Part shown: piece by piece, positions 8,395-17,969 of the stretch | Position numbering within the stretch: the stretch's first letter is position 1 | Layout: every line of letters begins with the position of its first letter | IMG/VR virus record: IMGVR_UViG_3300020430_000007 | Strand: one strand, 5' to 3' | Length of the DNA stretch: 64,000 bases | Source: a virus | The notes under the pieces: generated by a model | Seen by the model: only the letters and a program-made list of their open reading frames with translations | Told to the model about the DNA's origin: nothing | The model's database searches: none | Position numbers and translations under genes: made by a program

Positions 8395-9196
8395 CATAAG
8401 CACCACCATAGGTTGTAATTTGTCATGCAAAGGTTGCAACCACTTCAGTAATTATTTCTCTGCTGCAAGTAAGTTGGACACCGATGCATTATTAAAAGAT
8501 ATAAGAATTATCTTACCAAGATTGGAGATAGATAGGATATCTATTATAGGTGGCGAACCTTTACTCAACCCTAGATGTGAGGAAATATTATATGAGTGCA
8601 GATTACACACAAAAAATGCTGTCTATCTATACACTAACGGTTTACTTCTGTTACAAAATGAATCTTGGATTAAAAGAGCATTAGATGATCCTCAAATATA
8701 CTTGAGAGTGAGTGTGCATTTACCAGAGGTGGTGGACATAATAAAAAAATTTAATCACCCTAAAGTGTTGGTGACCGAACACCACACAGGGAAGGATAGA
8801 TGGTTTGATTCAATAAAAAAACGAGGCGGTAAGGTGTACCCCTATAATCATAATAATATCAGTAAAAGTTACAAAGTTTGTTCCTGTCCTAATTCTCAGT
8901 TATACAATGGTTATCTTTGGAAATGTCCAAATACCGCATTTTTGAGAGAATTATTGACCGTGACTGAACAAAAGGACTCTAATGAGTGGCAAGAATATAT
9001 TATGGATGGAGTTCCTGTTGATTGTAATGATGATGAATTGACAAAATTCTGTGCTAATAGTAGAATACCAGAGAAGGTATGCAACATGTGTACCGCTAAA
9101 CCACTACATTTTAGTGCTGCTATTCAGGACTCAATAAATAAATCACTCGCAATAACACATGCCAACATACCCAATAAAAAACCTAAAAACAGGTGA
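8372..9196 (+). CDS. radical SAM protein
   Basis: CNLSCKGC (CxxxCxxC), GGEPLL, YTNG, C-terminal Cys cluster; TTG start with GGAG 9 nt upstream. Confidence 0.88.
   Translation: MPKLSILDISTTIGCNLSCKGCNHFSNYFSAASKLDTDALLKDIRIILPRLEIDRISIIGGEPLLNPRCEEILYECRLHTKNAVYLYTNGLLLLQNESWIKRALDDPQIYLRVSVHLPEVVDIIKKFNHPKVLVTEHHTGKDRWFDSIKKRGGKVYPYNHNNISKSYKVCSCPNSQLYNGYLWKCPNTAFLRELLTVTEQKDSNEWQEYIMDGVPVDCNDDELTKFCANSRIPEKVCNMCTAKPLHFSAAIQDSINKSLAITHANIPNKKPKNR
9038..9066 (+). promoter_or_regulatory. internal sigma70-type promoter for FmdB-like/phoH genes
   Basis: TTGACA-17nt-TAGAAT inside the radical SAM gene. Confidence 0.5.
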
Positions 9197-9410
9197 GACA
9201 AAAGAATTGTCTATGACAATGAAAGAGTATGAAGAGTGGAGAAAAGACAACCCTGATTGGGACAAAGACTGGTCAAAAGGATCAGGAGGAGTGGTGAGTG
9301 GCACAGGAGATGTGTACTCAAGAACTGATGGCGGATGGAATGAAGTTCTGTCTAAGGTATCACAAATACCAGGCTCAAATGTAAAACCTCAGAAAACTAC
9401 TCACTTCTAA
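9159..9410 (+). CDS. FmdB-like small protein
   Basis: MPTY start, GWNEVLSKV..PGSNVK; usual neighbour of cyanophage phoH. Confidence 0.7.
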   Translation: MPTYPIKNLKTGETKELSMTMKEYEEWRKDNPDWDKDWSKGSGGVVSGTGDVYSRTDGGWNEVLSKVSQIPGSNVKPQKTTHF

Positions 9411-10165
9411 TGCCAGCAAGAAAAAAGAAAATGGCTACCAGCGTTGGTGCTGGTATGACAATTAAACAAATGAAGCGAAAGAAACCATATAATGTAGACA
9501 TGATGGTTCCTATTGAACCTATAACTACGAATCAAAAACTTGCTTTTGAAGCATATAAAGAGGGTAAGAACTTATTTCTTTATGGTGCTGCAGGCACGGG
9601 AAAAACTTTTATAACCTTGTATAACGCACTGAGGGATGTGTTGGATCCCATAACTCCATACACCAAAGTAGTATTGGTAAGATCCCTTGTATCAACAAGG
9701 GAGATAGGGTTTTTACCTGGCGATCATGAGGATAAATCATTTTTATATCAAATACCATATAAAAATATGGTAAAATATATGTTTGAGTTACCCACTGATC
9801 AAGAATTTGAGATGTTATGGGGTAATCTAAAAACACAGGAGAGCGTAACCTTTTGGTCAACCTCTTTCATACGTGGAACAACACTTGATGATTCAATTAT
9901 CATCGTAGATGAGTCTCAAAACTTGAATTTTCATGAGTTAGATAGTATAATGACAAGGTGCGGAGAGAACTGCAAAATCATGTTCTGTGGTGACGCAGCA
10001 CAAACGGATCTCGTAAAGACCAATGAAAAAAATGGCATCTTAGATTTTCAAAAAATCATTCAACGCATGCCTGAATTTGACTTGGTTGAGTTCAATATCA
10101 ATGACATCGTAAGGTCAGGTCTTGTTAAAAGTTATCTTGTAAGTAAAATTGAGTTAGGTATGTGA
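9410..10165 (+). CDS. phoH: PhoH-like ATPase
   Basis: GAAGTGKT, IGFLPG, FIRGTT, DESQN, GDAAQTD, DIVRSGLV. Confidence 0.96.
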   Translation: MPARKKKMATSVGAGMTIKQMKRKKPYNVDMMVPIEPITTNQKLAFEAYKEGKNLFLYGAAGTGKTFITLYNALRDVLDPITPYTKVVLVRSLVSTREIGFLPGDHEDKSFLYQIPYKNMVKYMFELPTDQEFEMLWGNLKTQESVTFWSTSFIRGTTLDDSIIIVDESQNLNFHELDSIMTRCGENCKIMFCGDAAQTDLVKTNEKNGILDFQKIIQRMPEFDLVEFNINDIVRSGLVKSYLVSKIELGM

Positions 10166-10824
10166 TGTTCAATCATGTGGAATGTGATCTTCCCTCTTTG
10201 AGTAGGAAGACTATTGATGGAGTGAGATACTACACAGTGGAGGGTAGACCAATGGTGTCTATCACCTCTGTGACCTCACATTTCAATAAACAAATTTTTG
10301 TTGATTGGAGAAAGAGGGTTGGTAATGAAGAGGCAGATAGGATAACTAAAAGATCCACAAGTCGTGGCACCAAAGTACACACTCTAATAGAAAGTCACTT
10401 ACTAAACAAGGACGTAGATCCTGATACACCTGGTTCAAAAATGTTATTTTTGCAGGCAAAAGAATCTTTAGAAAAGATAAATAACATTTACGCTCTTGAA
10501 AAAAGTCTCTATTCTACCGAGTTGGGTGTTGCAGGCACGGTAGATTGTATTGCAGAGTATGATGGTGAGTTGTCAATAATAGATTTCAAAACAGCAGCTA
10601 AACCTAAACCAAAGGATTGGATTCAAAACTATTTTGTACAGGCAGCAGCATATGCCTGTATGTTTTATGAAAGGACTGGTATTCCTGTAAAGAAACTTGT
10701 CATACTCATGACATGTGAAAATGGAGAGGTGACAGTTTATCAAGAGTATGATAAACTTAAGTATATGAGACTTCTTGTAGAGTACATCAACAAATTTGTA
10801 GAGGATAAACTCAATGGCAACTAA
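10162..10824 (+). CDS. PD-(D/E)XK exonuclease
   Basis: SITSV, RGTKVH, AGTVDC, IIDFKT, QAAAYA. Confidence 0.88.
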   Translation: MMFNHVECDLPSLSRKTIDGVRYYTVEGRPMVSITSVTSHFNKQIFVDWRKRVGNEEADRITKRSTSRGTKVHTLIESHLLNKDVDPDTPGSKMLFLQAKESLEKINNIYALEKSLYSTELGVAGTVDCIAEYDGELSIIDFKTAAKPKPKDWIQNYFVQAAAYACMFYERTGIPVKKLVILMTCENGEVTVYQEYDKLKYMRLLVEYINKFVEDKLNGN

Positions 10825-11080
10825 AGCGGAGATGAGATCAGTATTAAAAAATAAATTTCTATGCCAAGATAAGTTCACTAATGACATTGAGAACCTTGTC
10901 CAGAATAATAATGGTATGAATTACATAGAGGCAATTTGTCATTACTGTGAACAAAATAGTATTGAGATTGAATCTGTATCTAAACTTATTACTAAACCCA
11001 TGAAAGAAAAACTCAAGGGTAACGCTATGAATCTTAATTACTTAAAGAGAACTTCAAAAGCGAAGTTTCTTTCTATTTGA
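10814..11080 (+). CDS. gp33: late transcription coactivator gp33
   Basis: YIEAICHYCE...ITKPMKEKLK..AMNLNYLK; synteny with gp59-gp32. Confidence 0.88.
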   Translation: MATKAEMRSVLKNKFLCQDKFTNDIENLVQNNNGMNYIEAICHYCEQNSIEIESVSKLITKPMKEKLKGNAMNLNYLKRTSKAKFLSI

Positions 11081-11700
11081 GGAAAAATCCATTGCCTACA
11101 TTGACACCATTTGACACTTACAAAGAGTACCTTGCGTATAAAAATCACTTTACCAAGGAAAAGTATGACTACCAAAAATATGGAGGGAAATCAAGAGCAA
11201 AAATAGATTCCTTCTATAAAAGAAAAGATAGATATTTTTTTGAAAAAATGTCAAGAAAGTATAAGGATCCTGAGATAAGGAATTTCTTCCTTGCAAATTT
11301 TGTAAACACAGATGATCCACAAGGATTATGGATAGGAAATATCATCAGGTCTGGTGAAACCATTTACAAAGAGTGGCAAAAAAGGAATGAAAGTTTATTC
11401 TATCACTTCAAACAAAAGTCAGAAGAATTTTTAGATCAATATACCTACGATGAATTTTTTGATGCATCAAATGGTCATCCACCTATTCTCAAGGAACATC
11501 TAGCAGGTAATATAAGTGCGGAGGAGATGTGTGTTTATGAAAAACTTTTTGGATACTGTAAAGATTATGATAGACAACTCAAAGATCCAGTGTGGAAGGT
11601 TGTTGGTATGAAAATTAGGAAGTACATACCATTTCTAAATATTGACAAAGATAAGTATCGAAATCACTTATTGAATTTGATAAAGGAGAGACATGAGTAA
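11077..11700 (+). CDS. gp59: helicase loader gp59
   Basis: YLAYKNHF..YDYQKY, FYKRKDRYFFEK; only TTG starts available (11077/11092/11101). Confidence 0.9.
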   Translation: MRKNPLPTLTPFDTYKEYLAYKNHFTKEKYDYQKYGGKSRAKIDSFYKRKDRYFFEKMSRKYKDPEIRNFFLANFVNTDDPQGLWIGNIIRSGETIYKEWQKRNESLFYHFKQKSEEFLDQYTYDEFFDASNGHPPILKEHLAGNISAEEMCVYEKLFGYCKDYDRQLKDPVWKVVGMKIRKYIPFLNIDKDKYRNHLLNLIKERHE

Positions 11701-12541
11701 AATAAAATTTCTAATGAATGTAGGAACTCACTTCTCTGCTACAAACCCACTATGGTTTTCTTTATCTCATGATAATAAGTATGTACATACAGGTCATAAA
11801 AAAGAGATGAGATTTCTTTTATTTCTTCAAAATAATATAGTTACTAAGATTCAAACTAATCCAAGTGAAATCAAGGTCAAAATGTTTCCTCACTTATTCT
11901 CATCACATCCAAATGATTATTTTACAAACTCGATTGAAGATTACATTAACTATTATAAAAACCATTGGGAACATATTAAGGATGAGTATCAATCTGTAGG
12001 TGATTTTACAAATCATTATGCAGGTTTGACATCAAAGTTTGTAGCATCCATTGCGGATAAATTGAACAATGCTTTTGACATGAAAGTGACTATGATATTT
12101 CGTGACCCAATACGTAGGTTGTTCTCGACAGTGGGGACAAACAAAAAATTTCAAGATAGACTGAGTGGCATTGAGAGGAAAGATAAACCACAGATGTGGA
12201 TCGACAAAGGAATTAAATATGCACAGTATGATAGAATATATAATACCTTTGCACCACACTTCAACACTCACGTGATTATCATGGAAAAACTGTGGAAAGA
12301 CCATAGCAGTCTCTCTAAATTTCTTAATTATAATATTAAGAAACTTCATTATAATGTTTACACTCCTGACTTAGGACCTGATCATCCTAACGAACCTTTA
12401 TACCTAAGAGATCAATATCAATCAGACACAGAACATATTACACAAGAGTCAATGGACATGGGAAAGGATAAATTAGGATATGTGTACGAAAATTTTGAGA
12501 AAACCTTTGGTTACATACCAGAAGAGTGGGAGATGTCATGA
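11693..12541 (+). CDS. sulfotransferase-like P-loop protein
   Basis: GTHFSATNPL, YQSVGD, IFRDPIRRLFS; paralogue of 1893..2906. Confidence 0.6.
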   Translation: MSKIKFLMNVGTHFSATNPLWFSLSHDNKYVHTGHKKEMRFLLFLQNNIVTKIQTNPSEIKVKMFPHLFSSHPNDYFTNSIEDYINYYKNHWEHIKDEYQSVGDFTNHYAGLTSKFVASIADKLNNAFDMKVTMIFRDPIRRLFSTVGTNKKFQDRLSGIERKDKPQMWIDKGIKYAQYDRIYNTFAPHFNTHVIIMEKLWKDHSSLSKFLNYNIKKLHYNVYTPDLGPDHPNEPLYLRDQYQSDTEHITQESMDMGKDKLGYVYENFEKTFGYIPEEWEMS

Positions 12542-12867
12542 GTAAATTTTTTGAGTCAGAAACAGTTCGTAATGAGATGGAGGATATAACAGATCTTCAA
12601 AGAGAATTGTACAAAGTCATAGCAAAATTTCCAATGATGAGTGACGATGCAAAGTGGCATCACATAGAGACAGTCAAAGAATTGTTAGAAAAACAACAGG
12701 TAATGTGGACAAGATTGACATTATCTGATGACCCTCAAGCAAAAATAATGAAAAAAAATTTAGAGAGAGGGTCTAAAGAAATGGGGTTCGGAGATGCAGA
12801 TTTAGGTACAATTTTTAAAAATATGAAAATCACACTAGACACATTACAATCATCGCTTAAACACTGA
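12538..12867 (+). CDS. DUF1825 family protein
   Basis: FFESETVRNE...RLTLSDDPQAK. Confidence 0.75.
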   Translation: MSKFFESETVRNEMEDITDLQRELYKVIAKFPMMSDDAKWHHIETVKELLEKQQVMWTRLTLSDDPQAKIMKKNLERGSKEMGFGDADLGTIFKNMKITLDTLQSSLKH

Positions 12868-13508
12868 TGTCATTTTTAGTACACAATCTACCACCTTACT
12901 CGGTGCACGTGAGAAAAGAGTTTTTGTATGACCATAAAAAAGGTCACGGTGAGACCACACCTGGCACATGGATATCGGTCAAGAGTGTACAACACAAGGC
13001 GTTATATTTTGAGACATTGTTGTATGAGTATGGTGCATTGTTTGACAAGTTACCTATCAGTGCTTTTGTGTGGAAAACAGATTATGATCCAGACAAGTTA
13101 CTGCCTTTAGATCACCTTCAAATATGGGATTGCTTCGATTACAGTTTGACTGTTATTGAAAAACCATTATTAAATAGATGCGAGTTTTTTGGAAAGGATA
13201 AGCAAATGCATAAGGGTCAATATTGTTTTACAATAGATAATTGTCACGCTGAGTCATCTACACTCAACACAAATTATAGTCAGGATGATCCAGAACACAA
13301 ATCATTCAATTGCATAGCGTTAGATAACGGACAGTTTGCATTGCAACCCAATAATAGAATTATATGGAAAGATCAGAGTTTAATTTCTGAAGATACAATG
13401 CAACCTGATTTTGAGGTTTGCTCTCAAAATTATATGGTAGAGAACTCAGATAAATGGAGTGTAGGACATACTACAGAGTGGGCATACAAATCAAAAGATG
13501 AGACTTAA
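12867..13508 (+). CDS. conserved phage hypothetical protein
   Basis: GALFDKLPISAF, LQIWDCF, EHKS, DNGQFALQPNNR motifs. Confidence 0.75.
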   Translation: MSFLVHNLPPYSVHVRKEFLYDHKKGHGETTPGTWISVKSVQHKALYFETLLYEYGALFDKLPISAFVWKTDYDPDKLLPLDHLQIWDCFDYSLTVIEKPLLNRCEFFGKDKQMHKGQYCFTIDNCHAESSTLNTNYSQDDPEHKSFNCIALDNGQFALQPNNRIIWKDQSLISEDTMQPDFEVCSQNYMVENSDKWSVGHTTEWAYKSKDET

Positions 13509-13722
13509 TACTATAAAATGGTGTAGTGCAACAATAATACCTATCGCTATGATTTATCATGTGATGGGATGGACTCCGTGGAATAGTTTTCTACAAATGT
13601 TAGGTGCTGCAGGATGGATATATGTGGGAGTAAAGAGTGGTGAACGTGCTCTTGTTCTAAATTTTCTTCCTCAGTTTTTTATAATTATACCTGGTCTTTT
13701 TATATTGTGGTACACAAAATGA
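13498..13722 (+). CDS. small membrane protein
   Basis: 74 aa with three hydrophobic segments. Confidence 0.6.
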   Translation: MRLNTIKWCSATIIPIAMIYHVMGWTPWNSFLQMLGAAGWIYVGVKSGERALVLNFLPQFFIIIPGLFILWYTK

Positions 13723-14267
13723 AAATTTATTTTGACGGTTGCTCATTTACAGCAGGGTGTGAGCTTATTGATAGAAAAAAAACGAGATTTAGTAGACTTA
13801 TTTGTAACGAATTGAGTGCAATAGAGTGTAATTTTGCGAAAGCTGGAGGTAGCAATAGGAGAATAGTCAGAAACCTAATTGAAAAAGACTTGTCATCATA
13901 TGACATGTTCATAATACAATTTACAAAAAATAATAGGACGGAATATTATGATGGAATTGACTGGGTTAGGATAAAATATCCTTTAAGATATAAGTTTACA
14001 AATGGTAGAAAAATTAAGGGAGAATTTAAGGAGGGAATGGATGAATTTTGGGAAAAATATTATGAGACATATTATCATGACATATATGGTATGATGGATA
14101 GAGAGATATTTAATAATGCAGTTATAAACTTGATACGTAGAAAAAAATATTTTTTATTTGATATAAATCAATGCAAAAAAGTGATGGGAAATAACAAAGC
14201 AAAGTATGGTCATCCCAATGAAAAAGGTCATGAACTCATCGCAAAATACATACTTGACAACATATAA
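13719..14267 (+). CDS. SGNH/GDSL hydrolase-like protein
   Basis: FDGCSFT block I, GGSN, GHPNEKGH block V. Confidence 0.65.
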   Translation: MKIYFDGCSFTAGCELIDRKKTRFSRLICNELSAIECNFAKAGGSNRRIVRNLIEKDLSSYDMFIIQFTKNNRTEYYDGIDWVRIKYPLRYKFTNGRKIKGEFKEGMDEFWEKYYETYYHDIYGMMDREIFNNAVINLIRRKKYFLFDINQCKKVMGNNKAKYGHPNEKGHELIAKYILDNI

Positions 14268-14282
14268 ATAGTAGTTTATACT
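14254..14282 (+). promoter_or_regulatory. dual gp32 promoter: sigma70 promoter with a T4 late promoter in its spacer
   Basis: TTGACA-17nt-TATACT containing TATAAATA at 14263-14270. Confidence 0.75.
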
Positions 14283-14349
14283 AAACTTGCGTATGCAAGG
14301 TGTTAATCCACCAATCTATTCAATACGACGAATACTACGAGTCAAATTC

Positions 14350-15228
14350 ATGACATTTGCAAATCTAAAAAAACAATCTCGGTTAGGAAGTCTTACCTCT
14401 AAACTAACCACAGAGATAGAAAAAATGAACAAAGGAGGCACTGGCGGTGCCGACGAAAGACTATGGAAATTGGAGGTAGATAAAGCAGGTAATGGTTATG
14501 CCATTATCCGATTTTTACCTGCTCCAGAAGGAGAGGAGCTGCCTTGGGCAAAGGTGTGGTCACATGCTTTTCAAGGACCAGGCGGTTGGTACATTGAAAA
14601 CAGTCTCACCACCTTAGGTCAAAAAGACCCTGTTTCAGAATACAATCGTTTGCTTTGGAACAGTGGCAACGATGCTGATAAAGATCTCGCACGTAAACAG
14701 AAACGTAAGTTATCTTACATCAGTAACATTTACGTTGTAAAAGATCCAACTAATCCACATAATGAGGGTAAAGTATTTTTATACAAGTTTGGTAAAAAAA
14801 TCTTTGATAAGATTACTGCAGCAATGCAACCTGAGTTTGAGGATGAATCAGCGATTGACCCATTTGATTTTTGGGCAGGTGCAAATTTTAAACTAAAAGC
14901 AAAAAATGTGGCGGGATATCGGAATTACGATAGCAGTGAATTTGCTGCTACTGGTGCTCTTTTGGAAGATGATGATGCATTAGAGGCATTATGGAAGAAG
15001 CAATACTCACTCTCTGAGTTTACTGCTCCTGATCAGTTCAAGACGTTTGATGACCTACAAAAACGTTTGGACCAAGTGTTGAACTCTACTCGACCAAACA
15101 TCGCACCAGAGGTTGTTGATGATGAAGAAGAGATAGTCACCGCAAAACCAGAACCAACTACAGTTGCTGCCTCTAGTGTAAGCGATGATGATGCACTATC
15201 ATACTTTCAACGTTTAGCTGAAGAGTAA
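14350..15228 (+). CDS. gp32: single-stranded DNA-binding protein gp32
   Basis: DKAGNGYAIIRFLPA, WYIENSLTT, NYDSSEF, acidic tail; ATG at 14350. Confidence 0.97.
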   Translation: MTFANLKKQSRLGSLTSKLTTEIEKMNKGGTGGADERLWKLEVDKAGNGYAIIRFLPAPEGEELPWAKVWSHAFQGPGGWYIENSLTTLGQKDPVSEYNRLLWNSGNDADKDLARKQKRKLSYISNIYVVKDPTNPHNEGKVFLYKFGKKIFDKITAAMQPEFEDESAIDPFDFWAGANFKLKAKNVAGYRNYDSSEFAATGALLEDDDALEALWKKQYSLSEFTAPDQFKTFDDLQKRLDQVLNSTRPNIAPEVVDDEEEIVTAKPEPTTVAASSVSDDDALSYFQRLAEE

Positions 15229-15236
15229 TATATACA

Positions 15237-15307
15237 GGCAAAATCGACTTTTTGTTTCAAAAAACCCCGAAAAAAAATTCGGGGTATTTTTTTGCCTATA
15301 GGTTTTT
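15237..15307. terminator. bidirectional terminator / A/T-tract element copy 2 between convergent gp32 and gp53
   Basis: AAAAAACCCCG-AAAAAAAATT-CGGGGTATTTTTTT. Confidence 0.7.
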
Positions 15308-15959
15308 ATATTCTTATATTATCACCTTGTTTTACTCTACTATTGATAAATTGTGAACTATTTTTATATGTCATGATATTTCTTAAATCCTCCATAATCA
15401 TGTCAAGATAATTAGACCTCAGAATGAAGATATCTCTTTTTCTGTCATTTTTATCAGTTTCATGTTGAAAAACAGTAAATGACTCAAGAATTTGAGATCC
15501 TGATAGACTGATATTTACACCATCTTGAGTATAATTGAATGTAAAGTTTGCATCGACAGTTAATCCTTTTTCTAATAGTAATATGCCATCGTCATCTCTC
15601 ACCTCTTTTGTTTTATAATGATGTATGGATGTCAATTGTTCTGGATCATATTTGTTGTTTAAATATCTTTGAAAATCATATTGACTCATAGGCCATTCAT
15701 CCCTAACATTGATGATGTTATTAGATATCAATACGACCCAATCTAACTCAGAGTCTCCATATACATCATCTGCAACATTGTCAGGTCTATCATCACCTGT
15801 TATTAAGTATTTTTGAAAAGCAACAGCATTATTGAAAAAATCTTCTCTTATTTTACCCCTTTTGAAAAGATTTTTTGTAAGGTAAGAGTCACCACTTGAA
15901 TTTCTATTCTGAGAAAATGATGGTAAAACAAGATTGGGGTGATTGTCGAAGTATGCCAT
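15306..15959 (-). CDS. gp53: baseplate wedge gp53
   Basis: DRPDNVA..VYGDSELDWVVLISNNI, EWP, IHHY. Confidence 0.9.
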   Translation of the reverse strand: MAYFDNHPNLVLPSFSQNRNSSGDSYLTKNLFKRGKIREDFFNNAVAFQKYLITGDDRPDNVADDVYGDSELDWVVLISNNIINVRDEWPMSQYDFQRYLNNKYDPEQLTSIHHYKTKEVRDDDGILLLEKGLTVDANFTFNYTQDGVNISLSGSQILESFTVFQHETDKNDRKRDIFILRSNYLDMIMEDLRNIMTYKNSSQFINSRVKQGDNIRI

Positions 15960-15960
15960 T

Positions 15961-17568
15961 TTAGAATCCTATGTCGTCCTCTGTAATTTTGTTTTTCCCT
16001 AATATGTTTGGTTTTATGTCTTCTAAACTTGGATCGTCAAAATTAGGATCATCATAATCATTGGCAAATATTGGTGTAAGTTCTGTAAATGTTAGACTCA
16101 TAAAACTTCTAACTGGCATTGACACTGCTTTTTCATCCTCGTATGCCTGATAAACGTTTTCTGGTGTGAAATTAATTTCACATGATGTCAAAGCACAAAT
16201 TTTGAAAATATTTAAACCTTTTATTCTTCTACCATTATTTCTGTAACATAATCTGTACACATTTGGTGATCCAAGGTATAATTTTGCTCCTGCATCCCCT
16301 CCACTTGAATTAGTTGGTAACATGCCCTGTTTGAAAAATCTTTGTATTTTTCTTACCATAGTCGCCTCATCTTCATCATCAGGGGCAAATTGAAATACGA
16401 AAGTAAATGTTCTAAGTTTCGGTGATGAAAATAACAACTCTAAATTGGGATTTATTGCCATACCAGTTGATCTTGCAATAAATTGTGAGGGATCAACATT
16501 AATATTTAACTGTGCTAGAGCAGTTCTTGCAAGAACTGATGATAACAATTGTCCAGACTGTCCTTGTCCTATTTCTGGTAAATCTTTAAGAAGATTTTGC
16601 AGCTCTCCAACTCCTGATCCGATCAAACCACCAATATTTTTTTTACCTCCAAGAACATTTGATATTGCACTTTGAGTGTTTAAAAAAGCACCTGCCTCCA
16701 AAGCGTTTGCTCTACCTTCGCCCCAGTCAACACCATTACTTGACTTTATCGAATTAGGTATGGGCAATCTCACGGTTCCTATGATATCCTTTTGTTGTCC
16801 TCCTACATTATTACCTCTTTGTAAACCAGAAGTAATAGTGTTGGTAAAACCAAATTTTTCTTGTGTTTCTGTATCACGAGCATCTACATTCTTATATTTT
16901 TTTATCTTACTCCTCTCTTTAGCATTCGTAAAAGGATATGCTCTTACTCTATTTGGAACTTGTACCTGTTTATTTTGTCTCAAAGAACTCTGTTGAGGTG
17001 CCTTATACTCAAATGCCTCTATGTAAATATAATCTTGTTTTTTTGACATGTCTTTTGGATATATCAATACTGTAGTAACCTTTTTTTTATCATTGGTGGT
17101 ACCTGCAGGGGTAGTTTCATCAACACCACCTTCTTCTGTTGTAATATCTTTTTTAACATTTTCTTTCTCTGGAAAAGGTGTTCCTATGTGTGATTCTTTA
17201 CCTGTTGCAATTTCAAACATCCCAGATTCACGTAAAGCATTATCATGAGCAACTACATTACTCAATGCTTGTTTTTTTGATAAATTTCTTACTTTATCTA
17301 TGGTATTTCTATAAGCATTACCCCTTGCACCATCTTCATCTTCTAAGATCGCTTTACCTACATCACTTTTTGAATTTACTTCTAACCATTTTTGTCTCCC
17401 TAGACCTCCAGTTTTGTAAACTATTTTAGATGTTTTACCGTAATTACCATTTTGAACATCTAAAATTATGCTTTCTCTTACCACTACGTTTCTTCCATTA
17501 ACTGTGACGCTAAATTGAGAGTCTTGAGTCATTCTACCACTGTCAAGAATTGATATTTTATCAGACAT
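15961..17568 (-). CDS. gp48: baseplate tail-tube cap gp48-like
   Basis: YP, LPIP, INPNLELLFSSPKLRTFTFVFQFAP, LTFTELTPI. Confidence 0.85.
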   Translation of the reverse strand: MSDKISILDSGRMTQDSQFSVTVNGRNVVVRESIILDVQNGNYGKTSKIVYKTGGLGRQKWLEVNSKSDVGKAILEDEDGARGNAYRNTIDKVRNLSKKQALSNVVAHDNALRESGMFEIATGKESHIGTPFPEKENVKKDITTEEGGVDETTPAGTTNDKKKVTTVLIYPKDMSKKQDYIYIEAFEYKAPQQSSLRQNKQVQVPNRVRAYPFTNAKERSKIKKYKNVDARDTETQEKFGFTNTITSGLQRGNNVGGQQKDIIGTVRLPIPNSIKSSNGVDWGEGRANALEAGAFLNTQSAISNVLGGKKNIGGLIGSGVGELQNLLKDLPEIGQGQSGQLLSSVLARTALAQLNINVDPSQFIARSTGMAINPNLELLFSSPKLRTFTFVFQFAPDDEDEATMVRKIQRFFKQGMLPTNSSGGDAGAKLYLGSPNVYRLCYRNNGRRIKGLNIFKICALTSCEINFTPENVYQAYEDEKAVSMPVRSFMSLTFTELTPIFANDYDDPNFDDPSLEDIKPNILGKNKITEDDIGF

Positions 17569-17969
17569 TATTGAATCCTCTCTTTGCTAACGGGCACCTT
17601 AATGCTACCGAGATCTCTTACGAACTCTTCAATAGGTAGATTAAAAGCAGTTTCCCATTCTTCCATTGCTATGTCTAAAAATAATGTATCCACATATGAT
17701 TTTAGGTATTTATGGTATCCTTTAGGTAATTCAGATGGATTTGCTTCATCAATCCACTCCATTATCATCTCTCGCTCGTCAGGAGCATAATAATGCAAAT
17801 TGACACCCCAAAATACATTTCCTTGACTCGCTATAATGTAACATAATGGATTTCTGTCATAATATCTCAATTTTTCTGCAGTTTTCGCACCATATTGAAA
17901 CAACATCAAATGACCTGGCATTGGTGTCCCCGTCGTTGTTGATTTAGGAAACGTGTTCTTAAATTCCAA
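17568..17969 (-). CDS. gp2: DNA end protector gp2-like
   Basis: FQYGAK, YYDRNPL, WGVNLHY. Confidence 0.8.
   Translation of the reverse strand: MEFKNTFPKSTTTGTPMPGHLMLFQYGAKTAEKLRYYDRNPLCYIIASQGNVFWGVNLHYYAPDEREMIMEWIDEANPSELPKGYHKYLKSYVDTLFLDIAMEEWETAFNLPIEEFVRDLGSIKVPVSKERIQ

Noticed and set aside
9923-9951. TTGAAT-17-TATAAT inside phoH
   Set aside because: Could be an internal promoter but coincides with the conserved NLNFHELDSI coding motif; not supportable from sequence alone.
10162-10824. Cas4-like nuclease suggesting CRISPR
   Set aside because: Standard cyanophage exonuclease between phoH and gp33; no Cas4 Fe-S cysteine pattern and no array.
14287-14349. N-terminal extension of gp32 in the ORF track
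   Set aside because: Begins at the expected transcription start; gp32 homology starts at ATG 14350, so this is the leader.
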